A DNA stretch of 59,835 nt from assembly GCA_038530495.1 (NCBI GenBank), contig JBCBCR010000001.1:1-59835 (forward strand), written 5' to 3'. Shown one piece after another: positions 39,304 through 50,393 of this stretch. The position numbers were made by a program, and so were the translations under genes. The notes beneath the pieces are model-generated. The model was not told where the DNA came from. It worked only from the letters and a program-made list of their open reading frames with translations, and ran no database searches. The first letter of the stretch is position 1; the number at the start of each line of letters is the position of its first letter. The DNA comes from Pseudomonadota bacterium. Lineage in GTDB: Bacteria > Pseudomonadota > Alphaproteobacteria > Rhodobacterales > Rhodobacteraceae.

Positions 39304-40898
39304 CCGATCGCGGCCGCGCGCACATCCTCATCGATATACGGCAGGTACTGCTCGAAATTGGACGAGAACATCTCGACCAGTTTCGACGCCTGTGCGTCGT
39401 AAGCTGCGCCATCGTCCCAGGTCCGGCGCGGATCCAACAGGATGTCCGCGACACCCGGAACAGATACTGGCACATCAAAGCCGAAATTGGCGTCCTTGCG
39501 AAACTCGCCTTGGGCCAATGTGCCGTCCAATGCCGCAGTTAGCAGCGCGCGGGTTGCGCGGATAGGCATGCGCGAACCGGTGCCGTAGGCGCCGCCGGTC
39601 CAGCCCGTATTGACCAGCCAACAGGTCGCGCCGTGTTTGGCGATTTTTTCCTGCAACAGTTTACCGTAAACCTCGGGCCGCCGCGGCATGAACGGCGCAC
39701 CGAAACAGGTGGAGAACGTCGGCTCAGGCTCAGTCACGCCACGCTCGGTCCCTGCCACCTTGGACGTAAAGCCCGACAGGAAGTGATACATCGCCTGTGC
39801 CGGCGTCAGGCGTGCGATGGGGGGCAACACGCCGAAGGCGTCGCAGGTGAGCATGATGATGTTCTTGGGGTGTCCTCCCAGCGCGGTAGCGCTGGCATTG
39901 GAAATGTAGTGCAGCGGGTAGGCGCAGCGCATATTCGCCGTCAGGCTGTCATCCTCGAAATCCAGGTCCTTGGTGTCGGGATCGTAAACCATGTTCTCGA
40001 TCACCGTGCCGAATTTCTCGGTCGTGGCATAGATTTCCGGCTCGGCCTCGGCGCTCAGGTTGATCGTCTTGGCATAGCAGCCGCCTTCAAAGTTGAAGGT
40101 GCCGCGATCCGACCAGCCGTGTTCGTCGTCGCCGATCAGCACGCGGCCCGGATCAGCCGAAAGTGTTGTCTTGCCGGTGCCCGAAAGGCCAAAGAAGATG
40201 GCCGTGTCGACAGGGTTGCCCTGCGCGTGGTTGGCCGAGCAATGCATCGGCATCACGCCTTTTTCGGGCAACAGGTAGTTGAGGAGCGTGAACACCGATT
40301 TTTTGTTCTCGCCCGCGTATTCCGTACCGCCGATCAGGATCAGCTTGCGGTCAAAATTCATCGCGATCACGGTTTCGGACCGACAATCGTGCTTGGCCGG
40401 GTCGGCGAGGAATGTGGGGCAGTTGATCACCGTGAAATCGGCGACGAAGGACGCCAGATCCTCGGCATCCGGACGGCGCAGCATGTGACGAATGAACAGG
40501 CCGTGCCAGGCAAGTTCGGTCACCATGCGCATGTTGATGGAATAGGACGGATCGGCCCCGCCGGTCAGGTCCTGCACGTAGTATTCGCGCCCCTGCATGT
40601 GCGCGATCATGTCATCGTAAAGCGCGTCGAACCCCTCGGGCGACATCTCGGCGTTGTTGTCCCACCAGATGTTGTCGGCGACGCTGTCGGTTTTGACCAC
40701 GTGCTTGTCCTTGGGCGAGCGGCCCGTGAACTTGCCGGTGGACACAAGGAACGTGCCGCCCTTGCCCAGCTCACCCTCGTTGCGCGCCAGCGCACGTTCA
40801 ATGAGCGCCGGTTCGATCAGGTTGTAATAGACATCGCCCAGCCCAGTGATCCCTTGATCTTCGAGGCGGAACTGCGGGTTGACCCGTCCAAATGTCAT
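39300..40898 (-). CDS. pckA: Phosphoenolpyruvate carboxykinase (ATP)
   Basis: [34 protein letters not shown]. Confidence 0.98.
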   Translation of the reverse strand: MTFGRVNPQFRLEDQGITGLGDVYYNLIEPALIERALARNEGELGKGGTFLVSTGKFTGRSPKDKHVVKTDSVADNIWWDNNAEMSPEGFDALYDDMIAHMQGREYYVQDLTGGADPSYSINMRMVTELAWHGLFIRHMLRRPDAEDLASFVADFTVINCPTFLADPAKHDCRSETVIAMNFDRKLILIGGTEYAGENKKSVFTLLNYLLPEKGVMPMHCSANHAQGNPVDTAIFFGLSGTGKTTLSADPGRVLIGDDEHGWSDRGTFNFEGGCYAKTINLSAEAEPEIYATTEKFGTVIENMVYDPDTKDLDFEDDSLTANMRCAYPLHYISNASATALGGHPKNIIMLTCDAFGVLPPIARLTPAQAMYHFLSGFTSKVAGTERGVTEPEPTFSTCFGAPFMPRRPEVYGKLLQEKIAKHGATCWLVNTGWTGGAYGTGSRMPIRATRALLTAALDGTLAQGEFRKDANFGFDVPVSVPGVADILLDPRRTWDDGAAYDAQASKLVEMFSSNFEQYLPYIDEDVRAAAIG

Positions 40899-41216
40899 CT
40901 GATTTCTCCTGACGCGCTGAATGCTCTGATACCCCGACACTGCGGTCGGTTCTGGCTGACACCTCTGGCTTAAACAGGCTGAACCAAAAGCGGAACCGCA
41001 GTTAGCGCCACCACCGCAACAGATTGCGCAAACAGGTTTCCGATGCACGCAGTGGCGCGAATAAAGTGCGGCAATTTAGCCATTCCTAACCAAATTGTGG
41101 CGACTGTGAGGCGGATAAGGTGGCTTGATTCGCACTTCTTGATTGATTCGGCATGGCAAAATCGGGAATATGCCGGAAAAACAACAAAAAGTTCGAGCAG
41201 TATAAGGAAACAGGCA

Positions 41217-41918
41217 ATGAACAAGATTGCATTGGTAGACGACGACAGGAACATCCTGACGTCTGTATCCATGACGCTTGAGGCTGAGGGGTTCGAGGTC
41301 GAGACATATAACGACGGTCAGGCCGCGCTCGATGCATTTAACAAACGACTTCCCGATATGGCGGTTCTGGATATCAAGATGCCGCGCATGGACGGCATGG
41401 ACCTGCTGCAGCGGCTGCGCCAGAAGACGACGATGCCGGTGATCTTTCTCACCTCCAAGGATGATGAGATCGACGAGGTGCTGGGCCTGCGCATGGGCGC
41501 CGACGATTACGTCAAAAAGCCGTTCTCGCAGCGCCTGTTGGTGGAACGCATCCGCGCGCTGCTGCGCCGTCAGGACGCGGTGATCAGCGATGAGGTGGGC
41601 ACCACCGAAGAGACCAAGGTGATGGAACGCGGCGACCTGCGCATGGACCCTCTGCGTCATGCGGTCAGCTGGAAAGGGCAGGATGTGTCACTGACAGTGA
41701 CCGAATTCCTGTTGCTTCAGGCGCTGGCGCAGCGCCCGGGTTTCGTCAAATCGCGCGACCAGCTGATGGACGTGGCCTATGACGATCAGGTCTATGTCGA
41801 CGACCGGACGATCGACAGCCATATCAAGCGCCTGCGCAAGAAGATGCGCACGGCGGATTCAGAATTTTCGGCGATTGAGACGCTGTATGGCATTGGGTAT
41901 CGCTACAACGAAGAGTGA
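41217..41918 (+). CDS. chvI: OmpR-family response regulator ChvI
   Basis: [38 protein letters not shown]; divergent from pckA. Confidence 0.95.
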   Translation: MNKIALVDDDRNILTSVSMTLEAEGFEVETYNDGQAALDAFNKRLPDMAVLDIKMPRMDGMDLLQRLRQKTTMPVIFLTSKDDEIDEVLGLRMGADDYVKKPFSQRLLVERIRALLRRQDAVISDEVGTTEETKVMERGDLRMDPLRHAVSWKGQDVSLTVTEFLLLQALAQRPGFVKSRDQLMDVAYDDQVYVDDRTIDSHIKRLRKKMRTADSEFSAIETLYGIGYRYNEE

Positions 41919-41983
41919 TCCGGTTGGCCGCATAGTCGGCTGTGGGTGCCGCCATTGGGGCGGTTTGAGCGAGGGCTGGGCAC

Positions 41984-43675
41984 GTGCGTGACACCGCCAC
42001 GACACAGGTGAGAGACGGCGACGTCGTTCTGGGCGAAGACTGGGTGTCGCCCGACAGCGTCGCATCGACCGAGATGCGCGACACACGCGCACGGCGCGGA
42101 TTGGTGTCGCTGCGCAGTTCACCGCTCGCACGGAAGATCATCACCTTCAATCTGATCGCGTTGAACGTTCTGGTTGCGGGGATCCTTTACCTCAACTCGA
42201 CCCGCGACAGCCTCGCAGTGCAGCGTATTTCAGGCGTCATTTCCCAAGCTGAACTGGTCGCCGACGTTCTTGAGGCGCAGTTGCCCGCGACCGGCGCCAC
42301 CGAAATTGCTGCCGCGATTGACGTGGATGCGACCCTCGCCGGTCTGGATTTGCGCAAGGGCAAACAGGTCTATGTCTTTGATCCCGAAGGTGCTGTTATC
42401 GGCAGCATCGATGGCAGCACCGAAATTGACAGTGTGCAGCAGGGCAATGAAGGCAAGACAATCCTGACCAATGGGTTGAGCTGGCTTTGGGACGTCGTGT
42501 CGGGCCCGTTTTCCAGCGCAGACACCCGCGACATTGCCCCGCTTGGCGAACAGCTCAGCACGCTTGTCCCCGCGAGCCTTGGTGGTGAGCATCAGGTCGG
42601 CAATGTGATCGGACGGGGCGGCACCCAGTTTTTTGCCATTGTCACGCCGGTCGTGCTGGACGGCACCGCCGTCGGTGCCGTGGCCATGACCAGCCCATCG
42701 GGCGAGATTGACGCGCTGGTGCGCAGTGAACGCGAACGCGTATTGCAGATGTTCGTGATCGCCGTGCTTGTGTCCATCGGTCTCAGCCTCGTGTTGGCCT
42801 CGACCATCGCCAATCCGCTGGCCGATCTCGCTGCTGCGGCGGAACTTGGCCAAGACCGTTCTGCACGCAAGATGAACCCTGGCCGCATTCGGATCCCTGA
42901 TCTGACGGCGCGCCCGGACGAGATTGGACGACTGTCTGGTGCGCTGCGTGGCATGATATCGGCGCTGTACAATCGCATTGACGGCAATGAACAGTTCGCT
43001 GCTGACGTCGCGCATGAGATCAAGAACCCGCTGGCCTCGCTTCGGTCGGCCGTGGGTACGTTGCGATTGGTCAAGCGCGAAGACCAGCGCGAAAAATTGC
43101 TTGATGTCATCGAACACGATGTGCGGCGCCTCGACCGGCTGGTCAGCGACATTTCCAATGCATCGCGTCTCGATTCCGAACTGGTCAAGGAAGAGGAAGA
43201 ACCGTTCGACCTGCTGCAGATGATCGACAACCTCAGCCAGTATCTGGGTGAGGACGCGCGCGGCAAGGGGATCGAATTCATCTCCGACTTGCCCAAAACA
43301 CCCATCGAGGTGCACGGGCTTGAGGCACGCCTGGCGCAGGTGTTTGTCAACCTGATCACCAATGCGATTTCCTTTTGCGAGGATGGCGACGCCATCCGCG
43401 TCTGGGCACGCAAGCGGGAAAACCGCGTGCTGGTCGTGGTCGAAGACACGGGCCCCGGCATCCCCGATCAGGCGCTGACCAAGATTTTCAAACGCTTTTA
43501 TTCGCAACGCCCCGAAGAGCATTTTGGCAACAACTCGGGTCTCGGACTGGCCATCTCGAAACAGATTGTCGAGGCGCATGGCGGTGTGATCTGGGCCGAA
43601 AATATCCGTCCCACCGATGCAGACATCACCTCGGAACCGCTTGGTGCGCGTTTCGTCGTGGGTCTGCCTGTCTGA
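41984..43675 (+). CDS. chvG: Sensor histidine kinase ChvG/ExoS
   Basis: Two TM helices, HAMP domain, DVAHEIKNPL, NLITNA, DTGPG, NNSGLGLAI. Confidence 0.94.
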   Translation: MRDTATTQVRDGDVVLGEDWVSPDSVASTEMRDTRARRGLVSLRSSPLARKIITFNLIALNVLVAGILYLNSTRDSLAVQRISGVISQAELVADVLEAQLPATGATEIAAAIDVDATLAGLDLRKGKQVYVFDPEGAVIGSIDGSTEIDSVQQGNEGKTILTNGLSWLWDVVSGPFSSADTRDIAPLGEQLSTLVPASLGGEHQVGNVIGRGGTQFFAIVTPVVLDGTAVGAVAMTSPSGEIDALVRSERERVLQMFVIAVLVSIGLSLVLASTIANPLADLAAAAELGQDRSARKMNPGRIRIPDLTARPDEIGRLSGALRGMISALYNRIDGNEQFAADVAHEIKNPLASLRSAVGTLRLVKREDQREKLLDVIEHDVRRLDRLVSDISNASRLDSELVKEEEEPFDLLQMIDNLSQYLGEDARGKGIEFISDLPKTPIEVHGLEARLAQVFVNLITNAISFCEDGDAIRVWARKRENRVLVVVEDTGPGIPDQALTKIFKRFYSQRPEEHFGNNSGLGLAISKQIVEAHGGVIWAENIRPTDADITSEPLGARFVVGLPV

Positions 43676-43684
43676 CGCGCCTTC

Positions 43685-44101
43685 ATGGAACGGATGCACG
43701 CGAGCGCGGTCGCCTTTGGGTCACGCGGGCTATTGATTGTTGGCGCTTCGGGAAGCGGTAAATCCAGCCTCGCCCTCGAATTGATGAGCCACGGTGCCAT
43801 CCTGATTTCCGACGACCAGACCGAGCTGTTCATGCGCGCAGGCGCGCTTTGGGCGCGGGCACCCGGTTCCATATCCGGTACGATCGAGGCGCGCGGCCTG
43901 GGCCTTTTGCAGGCAGAGGCGCGTCCCGCGCCCATCGTCGCCGTGGTTGATCTGGACCGCGATGAAACCGACAGGCTGCCGCCAAAACGCAGCTTTGACA
44001 TTCTGGACGCGCACCTGCCGTTGTTTCTACGGGTTGACCATCGCGCTTGGCCTGCCGCACTTGTGCAATATCTTCGCTTTGGAAGGAGCGATATTGCATG
44101 A
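43685..44101 (+). CDS. hprK: Short HPr kinase/phosphorylase
   Basis: HASAV, GASGSGKS, LISDD, IEARGLG. Confidence 0.88.
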   Translation: MERMHASAVAFGSRGLLIVGASGSGKSSLALELMSHGAILISDDQTELFMRAGALWARAPGSISGTIEARGLGLLQAEARPAPIVAVVDLDRDETDRLPPKRSFDILDAHLPLFLRVDHRAWPAALVQYLRFGRSDIA

Positions 44102-44991
44102 ACGACCCCCAACCACAGCCACGCCGCGTGGTTATGGTCACCGGGCCTGCCGGCGCGGGCCGGTCAAGTGCGCTTCGGTCACTTGAGGATCTGGGTTACG
44201 AGGCGATCGACAACATGCCTTTGCGCCTGTTGCGCGCCTTGCTGGATGATCCCGAGGCAACCCGATCGCTGGCATTGGGTATCGATCCTCGCACGCGGGA
44301 CTTTTCGGTAAAGGGCGTACTCGACACGCTTGGGCGGTTGTCTTCGACGCCCGAGGTCATCGTCGATCTGCTCTATCTTGATTGCCGCACACAGGTCCTC
44401 TTGAACCGGTTTTCGGAAACGCGTCGTCGCCATCCAATGGCAGAAGAAGACCGGGTCGAGGCGGGGATCGAACGTGAATTGGCCCTGCTAGAACCGCTCA
44501 AGGCGCGGGCGGATATGCTGATCGACACCAGCGATCTCAACGTTCATCAATTGCGCGCCGAAATTGACAGCTGGTTTGCCCCCGGCGGGACCGAACAGAT
44601 GGCCGTCGCCGTTCAAAGCTTCAGCTTTCGGCGCGGCCTGCCACGTGCAGCCGACATGGTGTTCGACTGCCGGTTCTTGAAAAATCCCTACTGGGATCCT
44701 TCCTTGCGCGCCGCCAATGGCACGTCTGCCGAGGTTCAGGCCTATATCGCCACGGATGCGCGTGCCGCAGGGTTTATCGATCGTGTGTCCCAGATGGTGC
44801 TCTGGCTCTTGCCCGCCTATCTGGAAGAAGGTAAATCGCATGTTCTGGTGGCCTTTGGCTGCACTGGCGGACAACACCGGTCGGTTGCCATGGCAGAGCA
44901 ATTGGCCGCGTCGTTGCAAAACGCCGGTTGGCACGCCTCGGTCCGGCACCGGGACATGGACCGCTTGAAACGCGAAGAGGCCAATAGGTGA
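44098..44991 (+). CDS. rapZ: RNase adapter RapZ family P-loop protein
   Basis: VTGPAGAGRS, LEDLGY..IDNMP, FSETRRRHP, FDCRFLKNPYW, GCTGGQHRSV. Confidence 0.93.
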   Translation: MNDPQPQPRRVVMVTGPAGAGRSSALRSLEDLGYEAIDNMPLRLLRALLDDPEATRSLALGIDPRTRDFSVKGVLDTLGRLSSTPEVIVDLLYLDCRTQVLLNRFSETRRRHPMAEEDRVEAGIERELALLEPLKARADMLIDTSDLNVHQLRAEIDSWFAPGGTEQMAVAVQSFSFRRGLPRAADMVFDCRFLKNPYWDPSLRAANGTSAEVQAYIATDARAAGFIDRVSQMVLWLLPAYLEEGKSHVLVAFGCTGGQHRSVAMAEQLAASLQNAGWHASVRHRDMDRLKREEANR

Positions 44992-45383
44992 TAGGCGTCG
45001 TGATTGTTGCACATGGGGGGCTTGCCGCGGAATACCTGCGCGCCATCGAACATGTCGTGGGCGCGCAACCGGGTATTCAGGCGATCTCCATCGAGGCTGA
45101 TCACGACCGCAAGGCCAAGGAACACGAAATCTGCGCCGCAGCCGACGAGGTCGATACTGGCGATGGTGTGGTGGTGGTCACCGACCTTTTTGGGGGGTCG
45201 CCATCCAACCTCAGTCTGCGCGCCTGCAAGCCGCGCAACCGGCGCATCCTCTACGGCGCAAACCTGCCCATGCTGATCAAACTGGCCAAATCCCGCCACC
45301 TCGATGTCGAGGACGCCGTGCGCGGCGCGCTGGATTCGGGCAAGAAGTACATCAATACGCAAAACCTGAGCGCCGAGAACTGA
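44988..45383 (+). CDS. PTS EIIA component, mannose/fructose type
   Basis: IGVVIVAHG, TDLFGGSPSN, GANLPML. Confidence 0.92.
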   Translation: MIGVVIVAHGGLAAEYLRAIEHVVGAQPGIQAISIEADHDRKAKEHEICAAADEVDTGDGVVVVTDLFGGSPSNLSLRACKPRNRRILYGANLPMLIKLAKSRHLDVEDAVRGALDSGKKYINTQNLSAEN

Positions 45384-45386
45384 GTT

Positions 45387-45656
45387 ATGGTGACCCGCAC
45401 CCTCGAGATCGTGAACATCAAGGGACTGCATGCCCGCGCCTCTGCCAAACTGGTTGAGGTCGTCGAAGGGTTTGACGCCCGCGCCACAGTGACCAAGGAT
45501 GGCCTGTCCGCACCCGGAGACAGCATTATGGGCCTTTTGATGTTGGCAGCGCCGCGGGGAAGTCTTATTGACGTTGAAACGTCGGGGCCTGATGCTGAGG
45601 CCCTTGCCGATGCGCTGGAAGCTCTGGTAGCAGACAGGTTCGGTGAAGAGGCCTGA
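45387..45656 (+). CDS. ptsH: Phosphocarrier protein HPr/NPr
   Basis: GLHARASAK, SIMGLLML. Confidence 0.93.
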   Translation: MVTRTLEIVNIKGLHARASAKLVEVVEGFDARATVTKDGLSAPGDSIMGLLMLAAPRGSLIDVETSGPDAEALADALEALVADRFGEEA

Positions 45657-45683
45657 TCAGGCTTTCAAGGGGATGGGAGCGCT

Positions 45684-46562
45684 TTGGTAGAAAGCACGCA
45701 TAACGCAGGCAATCTGGCCAAGCCCGAGAACGTAACGTTCACGAAATATGACAGGCGCAGCCTGTCCTATGCGTCGACGTTCGAGGATCCGTGGAAGGCA
45801 AGCTTTATCCGCGTGATGGAAGCGTTGACCGGCAAGCTGACGATCCTGCGTCTGATCCGCAAATTCGAACAGCGCGGCGCACCTTCGGGTCAGGCGTTCT
45901 GGCGGGCGTGTCTGGATGTCATGGGCATCGAACTGACCACGCCGCAATATCAGCTTGACCGCATCCCGCGCGAGGGGCCGCTGATCGTGGTGGCCAACCA
46001 CCCGCATGGCATGGTCGACGGCATGATCTTTGCCGACCTGATCGGCCGCGTACGTCCCGATTACCGCATCCTGACCCGGTCGCTTTTGACCGCGATAGAC
46101 GAGGTTGCGGGCAGCTACATGATCCCGGTGCCGTTTCCGCATGATCCGGATGCACAGCGCAAAGGGGTCGAGATGCGCGCCAAAGCGATGGCGCATCTCA
46201 AGGAGGGTGGTGTTGTTGCACTGTTTCCGTCCGGCGGCGTTGCCGCGTCCGAGACGTGGTGGGGCCCGGCAATCGAGGGCGAATGGAACGTGTTCACCGC
46301 ACAGCTGATCCGGCGCTCTGGTGCGACGGTGCTGCCAATGCGGTTTCCGGGCCAGAACAGCCGCGCCTACCAGATCGCCAACCGCGTGTCGCCAATGCTG
46401 CGGCAGGGGCTGCTGCTGCACGAAATCGTGCATTCATTGAACAAGCCGCAGGGTCCCGTGGTGGGCAATCCGCTCGAGGCGGATTTCGTGACAAGCTGGA
46501 AGGACGATCCGCGCGGGTTCATGGCCTGGCTGCGCGATCACACAATGTCTTTGAAAGACTAG
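45684..46562 (+). CDS. Lysophospholipid acyltransferase family protein
   Basis: VANHPHGMVDG (HX4D) and LFPSG. Confidence 0.88.
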   Translation: MVESTHNAGNLAKPENVTFTKYDRRSLSYASTFEDPWKASFIRVMEALTGKLTILRLIRKFEQRGAPSGQAFWRACLDVMGIELTTPQYQLDRIPREGPLIVVANHPHGMVDGMIFADLIGRVRPDYRILTRSLLTAIDEVAGSYMIPVPFPHDPDAQRKGVEMRAKAMAHLKEGGVVALFPSGGVAASETWWGPAIEGEWNVFTAQLIRRSGATVLPMRFPGQNSRAYQIANRVSPMLRQGLLLHEIVHSLNKPQGPVVGNPLEADFVTSWKDDPRGFMAWLRDHTMSLKD

Positions 46563-46588
46563 GCGCCGGACATCGCGTCGATTTCCGA

Positions 46589-46609
46589 CCGGTCTCCGAC
46601 ACGGAGACC
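46589..46609. terminator. Hairpin between the convergent acyltransferase and hbd genes
   Basis: CGGTCTCCG-ACA-CGGAGACCG perfect 9-bp stem. Confidence 0.5.
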
Positions 46610-46610
46610 G

Positions 46611-47486
46611 TTACCGCGTCGGCACGGGTACCTCGCCACGGTAATCGTAGAACCCGCGCTGCGTCTTGCGCCCCAGCCACCCGGCCTCCACGTATTTTGT
46701 GAGCAGTGGGCAGGGCCGGTATTTGGTGTCGGCCAGCCCGTCATGGAGCACGTTCATGATCGCGAGACAGGTGTCCAACCCGATGAAATCTGCCAGTTCC
46801 AGCGGCCCCATTGGATGATTGGCCCCCAATTTCATCGAACTGTCGATGGACTGCACCGATCCGACACCTTCGTAAAGCGTATATACCGCCTCGTTGATCA
46901 TGGGCATCAGGATCCGATTGACGATGAAGGCGGGGAAATCTTCGGCTGTGGCTGCGGTTTTGCCCAGCTTGGCGACCACGTCCTTGCAGGCGTCAAAAGT
47001 CTCTGCATCCGTGGCGATGCCGCGGATGAGCTCGACCAACTGCATGACGGGCACCGGGTTCATGAAATGGAAACCCATGAATTTTTCAGGCCGGTCCGTA
47101 CGGCTCGCCAGGCGCGTGATCGAGATAGATGAAGTGTTCGAGGTAAGGATCGTATGCGGCAGCAAATGCGGCACCAGGTCTTCGAAAATGGCCTGCTTGA
47201 CGGTTTCCCGCTCTGTTGCGGCTTCGATCACCAGATCGCTTTGCCCCAGATCGGTCAGCGTCAGCGTCGTCTTGATCCGCGCAAGGGCCGCGTCTTTGTC
47301 CTGCTCGCCGATCTTGCCGCGGGTGACCTGCCGAACAAGGTTGCGGTCGATGGTCGATAGCGCGCCCTGCAGGGCATCGCCGGAAATGTCGTTGAGCAGG
47401 ACGTCAAACCCCGCCAGCGCCATCACATGGGCAATGCCGTTGCCCATCTGCCCGGCACCGACAATGCCCACCGATTTGATCTCCAT
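46611..47486 (-). CDS. hbdA: 3-hydroxybutyryl-CoA dehydrogenase
   Basis: GAGQMG, EAATE, SNTSSISI, HFMNPVP, PMGPLELADFIGLD. Confidence 0.94.
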   Translation of the reverse strand: MEIKSVGIVGAGQMGNGIAHVMALAGFDVLLNDISGDALQGALSTIDRNLVRQVTRGKIGEQDKDAALARIKTTLTLTDLGQSDLVIEAATERETVKQAIFEDLVPHLLPHTILTSNTSSISITRLASRTDRPEKFMGFHFMNPVPVMQLVELIRGIATDAETFDACKDVVAKLGKTAATAEDFPAFIVNRILMPMINEAVYTLYEGVGSVQSIDSSMKLGANHPMGPLELADFIGLDTCLAIMNVLHDGLADTKYRPCPLLTKYVEAGWLGRKTQRGFYDYRGEVPVPTR

Positions 47487-47636
47487 CACGCGCCCCTCTT
47501 TTTGCATGTGCAGCATAATGTGTTGGCCCGAGACAGGGCAAGGGCGCAACGCCCCGAAAAAGCCATACGGTGTTAGCGATTGGGAAAGGTGAATCGTGCC
47601 AGTTTCCACCCGGGTGAGAAAGGATGAGTGGGTATC

Positions 47637-48458
47637 ATGAGCTTTGATACAAGAGGGCCGGGTGGCCTGGATTACTTGCCGTGTCGGTACGGCAACTCGA
47701 AAATCCTGTTTCGAGGGCCCAAGCGGCCTCTGGGAAAACCCTATGTCGCCTTCTTCGGCGGCACACTGACCTATGGCAAGTTCATCGAGACCCCGTTTCC
47801 GGAACTGGTGGAGGCCGAGTTAGGCCACACCTGCGTCAACTTTGGCTGCGTGAACGGCGGGATCGACGTTTATGCCGCCGATCCGGTGCTGCGTGAGGCC
47901 GCGGTAAACGCGGCAGTCACGGTGATCCAGGTCACCAGCCCGCGCAACATGTCGAACCGGTTTTACAAGGTGCATCCGCGCCGCAACGACCGCTTTGTCG
48001 AGGCGTCGGCACTTTTGCGGACGATCTATCGCGAAGTGGACTTTGCCGAGTTCAACTTTACCAACCACATGCTCAAGCGTTTGAAATTGGTCTCGCCCGA
48101 TCGCTTTGCGAGCGTGATCGATGAGTTGCAGGCGGCTTGGGTGGCGCGGATGCGGCTGGTCCTCAGCCAGATCCCGGGCAAGACCGTTTTGCTGTGGGCA
48201 AGCGATCTGTCACCTGAGGAAAAACCGACCGAAATCGACAAGGATCCGGCCTTTGTCTCGACTCAGATGCTCAAGGAGATCGAGCCGCTGGTCACCCGAT
48301 TTGTGCGCATTGTAGCGTCTCAGGAGGCTGCTGCCAAAGGGACCGACGGCATGATTTTCGCTGACATGGACACGCCTGCCGCCCAAGTGATGCTGGGCCC
48401 GCAGGTGCACCGCGAAATTGCCGATGGGCTGGTGCCGGTGTTGCGCGAGATGATTTGA
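47637..48458 (+). CDS. DUF6473-like conserved protein
   Basis: LDYLPCRYG.SK..FRGP, GGTLTYGKF, PRNMSNRFY.VHPRRNDRF; usual position between hbd and etfA. Confidence 0.8.
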   Translation: MSFDTRGPGGLDYLPCRYGNSKILFRGPKRPLGKPYVAFFGGTLTYGKFIETPFPELVEAELGHTCVNFGCVNGGIDVYAADPVLREAAVNAAVTVIQVTSPRNMSNRFYKVHPRRNDRFVEASALLRTIYREVDFAEFNFTNHMLKRLKLVSPDRFASVIDELQAAWVARMRLVLSQIPGKTVLLWASDLSPEEKPTEIDKDPAFVSTQMLKEIEPLVTRFVRIVASQEAAAKGTDGMIFADMDTPAAQVMLGPQVHREIADGLVPVLREMI

Positions 48459-48461
48459 AAC

Positions 48462-48499
48462 AAAAAAAGGTGCGCGATGAACGCGCACCCTACGTTTTT
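48462..48499. repeat. GTAG-type REP-like palindrome (copy 2), probably also the bidirectional terminator
   Basis: A7-GGTGCGCG-ATGAA-CGCGCACC-CTACGTTTTT; the reverse complement of 48469-48495 reads ACGTAGGGTGCGCGTTCATCGCGCACC. Confidence 0.7.
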
Positions 48500-48520
48500 G
48501 GCACTAAACCGTTGCTTGGC

Positions 48521-49447
48521 TTAGAGTTTTTCGACCAGCTCCGGCACCGCATCGAACAAGTCAGCAACAAGACCGTAATCGGCAACCTGGAAAATCGGCG
48601 CCTCTTCGTCCTTGTTGATCGCGACGATAACTTTGCTGTCCTTCATACCTGCGAGGTGCTGGATCGCGCCCGAGATGCCGACAGCGACATACAGATCGGG
48701 GGCCACGACCTTGCCGGTTTGGCCGACCTGCCAGTCGTTCGGGGCATAGCCCGAGTCCACCGCGGCGCGCGACGCGCCAACTGCAGCGCCCAGCTTGTCC
48801 GCCAGCTTTTCGATCAGGGCAAAGTCATCCTCGGACCCGACACCACGACCACCGGAGACAACAACGCCAGCCGATGTCAGCTCGGGTCGGTCACTTTCGG
48901 CGACTTTGTCTTCGACCCATGCGCTGAGGCCGGGGTTGGCGGCTGCCCCAATAGTTTCGACCGGAGCCGCACCGCCGGTACCAGCCGCGTCAAAGGTCGA
49001 TGTGCGGAAGGTGATGACCTTTTTGCCGTCGCCCGTTTTCACGGTCTGGATTGCGTTACCCGCATAGATCGGGCGCTCGAACGTGTTGCCGTCGATAACG
49101 GCGGTTGCATCCGAGATCACCATCGCGTCCAGCAGGGCCGCCACGCGCGGCATGATGTTCTTGGCATCGGTGGTGGCGGGGGCAACGATGTGTTCGTAAT
49201 CGCCAGCCAGCGATACGATCAGATCAGCCACCGGCTCCGCCAGGCGCTTGCCATAGAGCGCATCCTCGGCGCACAGCACCTTTGCGACACCGTTGATGGT
49301 CGCAGCGGCGGCAGCGGCGTCGGCACAGGTCGCGCCCGTCGCCAGCACTGTCACGTCGCCCAAAGCCTTGGCTGCCGTCACGGCCTTGGCCGTGGCGTCC
49401 ATGCTCAGTTCACCGTCATTGATCTCTGCAACAAGAAGTACAGCCAT
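48521..49447 (-). CDS. etfA: Electron transfer flavoprotein alpha subunit
   Basis: [32 protein letters not shown]. Confidence 0.97.
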   Translation of the reverse strand: MAVLLVAEINDGELSMDATAKAVTAAKALGDVTVLATGATCADAAAAAATINGVAKVLCAEDALYGKRLAEPVADLIVSLAGDYEHIVAPATTDAKNIMPRVAALLDAMVISDATAVIDGNTFERPIYAGNAIQTVKTGDGKKVITFRTSTFDAAGTGGAAPVETIGAAANPGLSAWVEDKVAESDRPELTSAGVVVSGGRGVGSEDDFALIEKLADKLGAAVGASRAAVDSGYAPNDWQVGQTGKVVAPDLYVAVGISGAIQHLAGMKDSKVIVAINKDEEAPIFQVADYGLVADLFDAVPELVEKL

Positions 49448-50205
49448 TATACCGCCCCCGCTTCTTTGAGTTTTTCCACCAGTTCGTCGACCGACCCCAC
49501 CTTGATGCCTGCGGCGCGTTCTGCCGGCTCGGCCGTGTTCACGATCTCGAGGCGCGGGGTCACGTCGACGCCGTAATCTGCTGCCGTTTTCTCATCCAGC
49601 GGCTTCTTCTTGGCCTTCATGATGTTGGGCAGCGACGCATAGCGCGGCTCGTTCAGGCGCAGGTCCACAGAGATCACGGTCGGCATGTTGACCTCGATGG
49701 TCTGCAGGCCGCCGTCGACCTCGCGGGTCACCTTGGCCTTGTCACCGGCAATCTCGACTTCGGAGGCGAACGTGGCCTGGCTCCAGCCCAGCAGTGCTGA
49801 CATCATTTGGCCAGTGGCGTTCATGTCATTGTCGATCGCTTGCTTGCCACACAGCACGAGGCCCGGCTGCTCTTCCTCGACGACTTTGGCCAGGATCTTG
49901 GCGACGGTCAGCGGTTCGATATCGGTGTGCACGTCGTCGGCAGCAACCACAAGGATCGCGCGGTCTGCACCCATCGCCAGCGCGGTGCGCAGGGTTTCCT
50001 GCGCCTGCTTCACACCGATGGAAACAGCCACGATTTCCTCGGCTTGACCGGCCTCTTTCAGGCGAATGGCCTGTTCGACAGCAATCTCGTCAAACGGGTT
50101 CATCGACATTTTCACATTGGCGAGATCGACACCGGACCCGTCCGCCTTGACGCGAACTTTCACGTTGTAATCAATCACGCGTTTGACAGGTACCAGGACC
50201 TTCAT
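49447..50205 (-). CDS. etfB: Electron transfer flavoprotein beta subunit
   Basis: [39 protein letters not shown]. Confidence 0.97.
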   Translation of the reverse strand: MKVLVPVKRVIDYNVKVRVKADGSGVDLANVKMSMNPFDEIAVEQAIRLKEAGQAEEIVAVSIGVKQAQETLRTALAMGADRAILVVAADDVHTDIEPLTVAKILAKVVEEEQPGLVLCGKQAIDNDMNATGQMMSALLGWSQATFASEVEIAGDKAKVTREVDGGLQTIEVNMPTVISVDLRLNEPRYASLPNIMKAKKKPLDEKTAADYGVDVTPRLEIVNTAEPAERAAGIKVGSVDELVEKLKEAGAV

Positions 50206-50393
50206 GAGCGTTCCTCTCCTCAAAATCCGACTCGTGGCTTGCGCAAATTGGCGAGCAGTCCAGCGTGGTTTACCTAACCTGCGCCTACGGAAACAGAGCA
50301 AAATCGTCACGTCATGGCCCTGCGACGCCGCGTTATCGCCACGGGGCGCATTTCGCGCGGATTTATGGTAGTTTTTCGCCAGGAGGTGCGGCG

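Noticed and set aside
42230-43699. 489-aa minus-strand ORF
   Set aside because: Antisense shadow of chvG.
43685-44101. Short HprK that could be a truncated pseudogene
   Set aside because: Alphaproteobacterial HprK normally lacks the N-terminal domain.
44137-44170. RapZ Walker A reads GPAGAGRS instead of GxxGxGKS
   Set aside because: I recall this variant as usual in Rhodobacteraceae RapZ; not evidence of inactivation.
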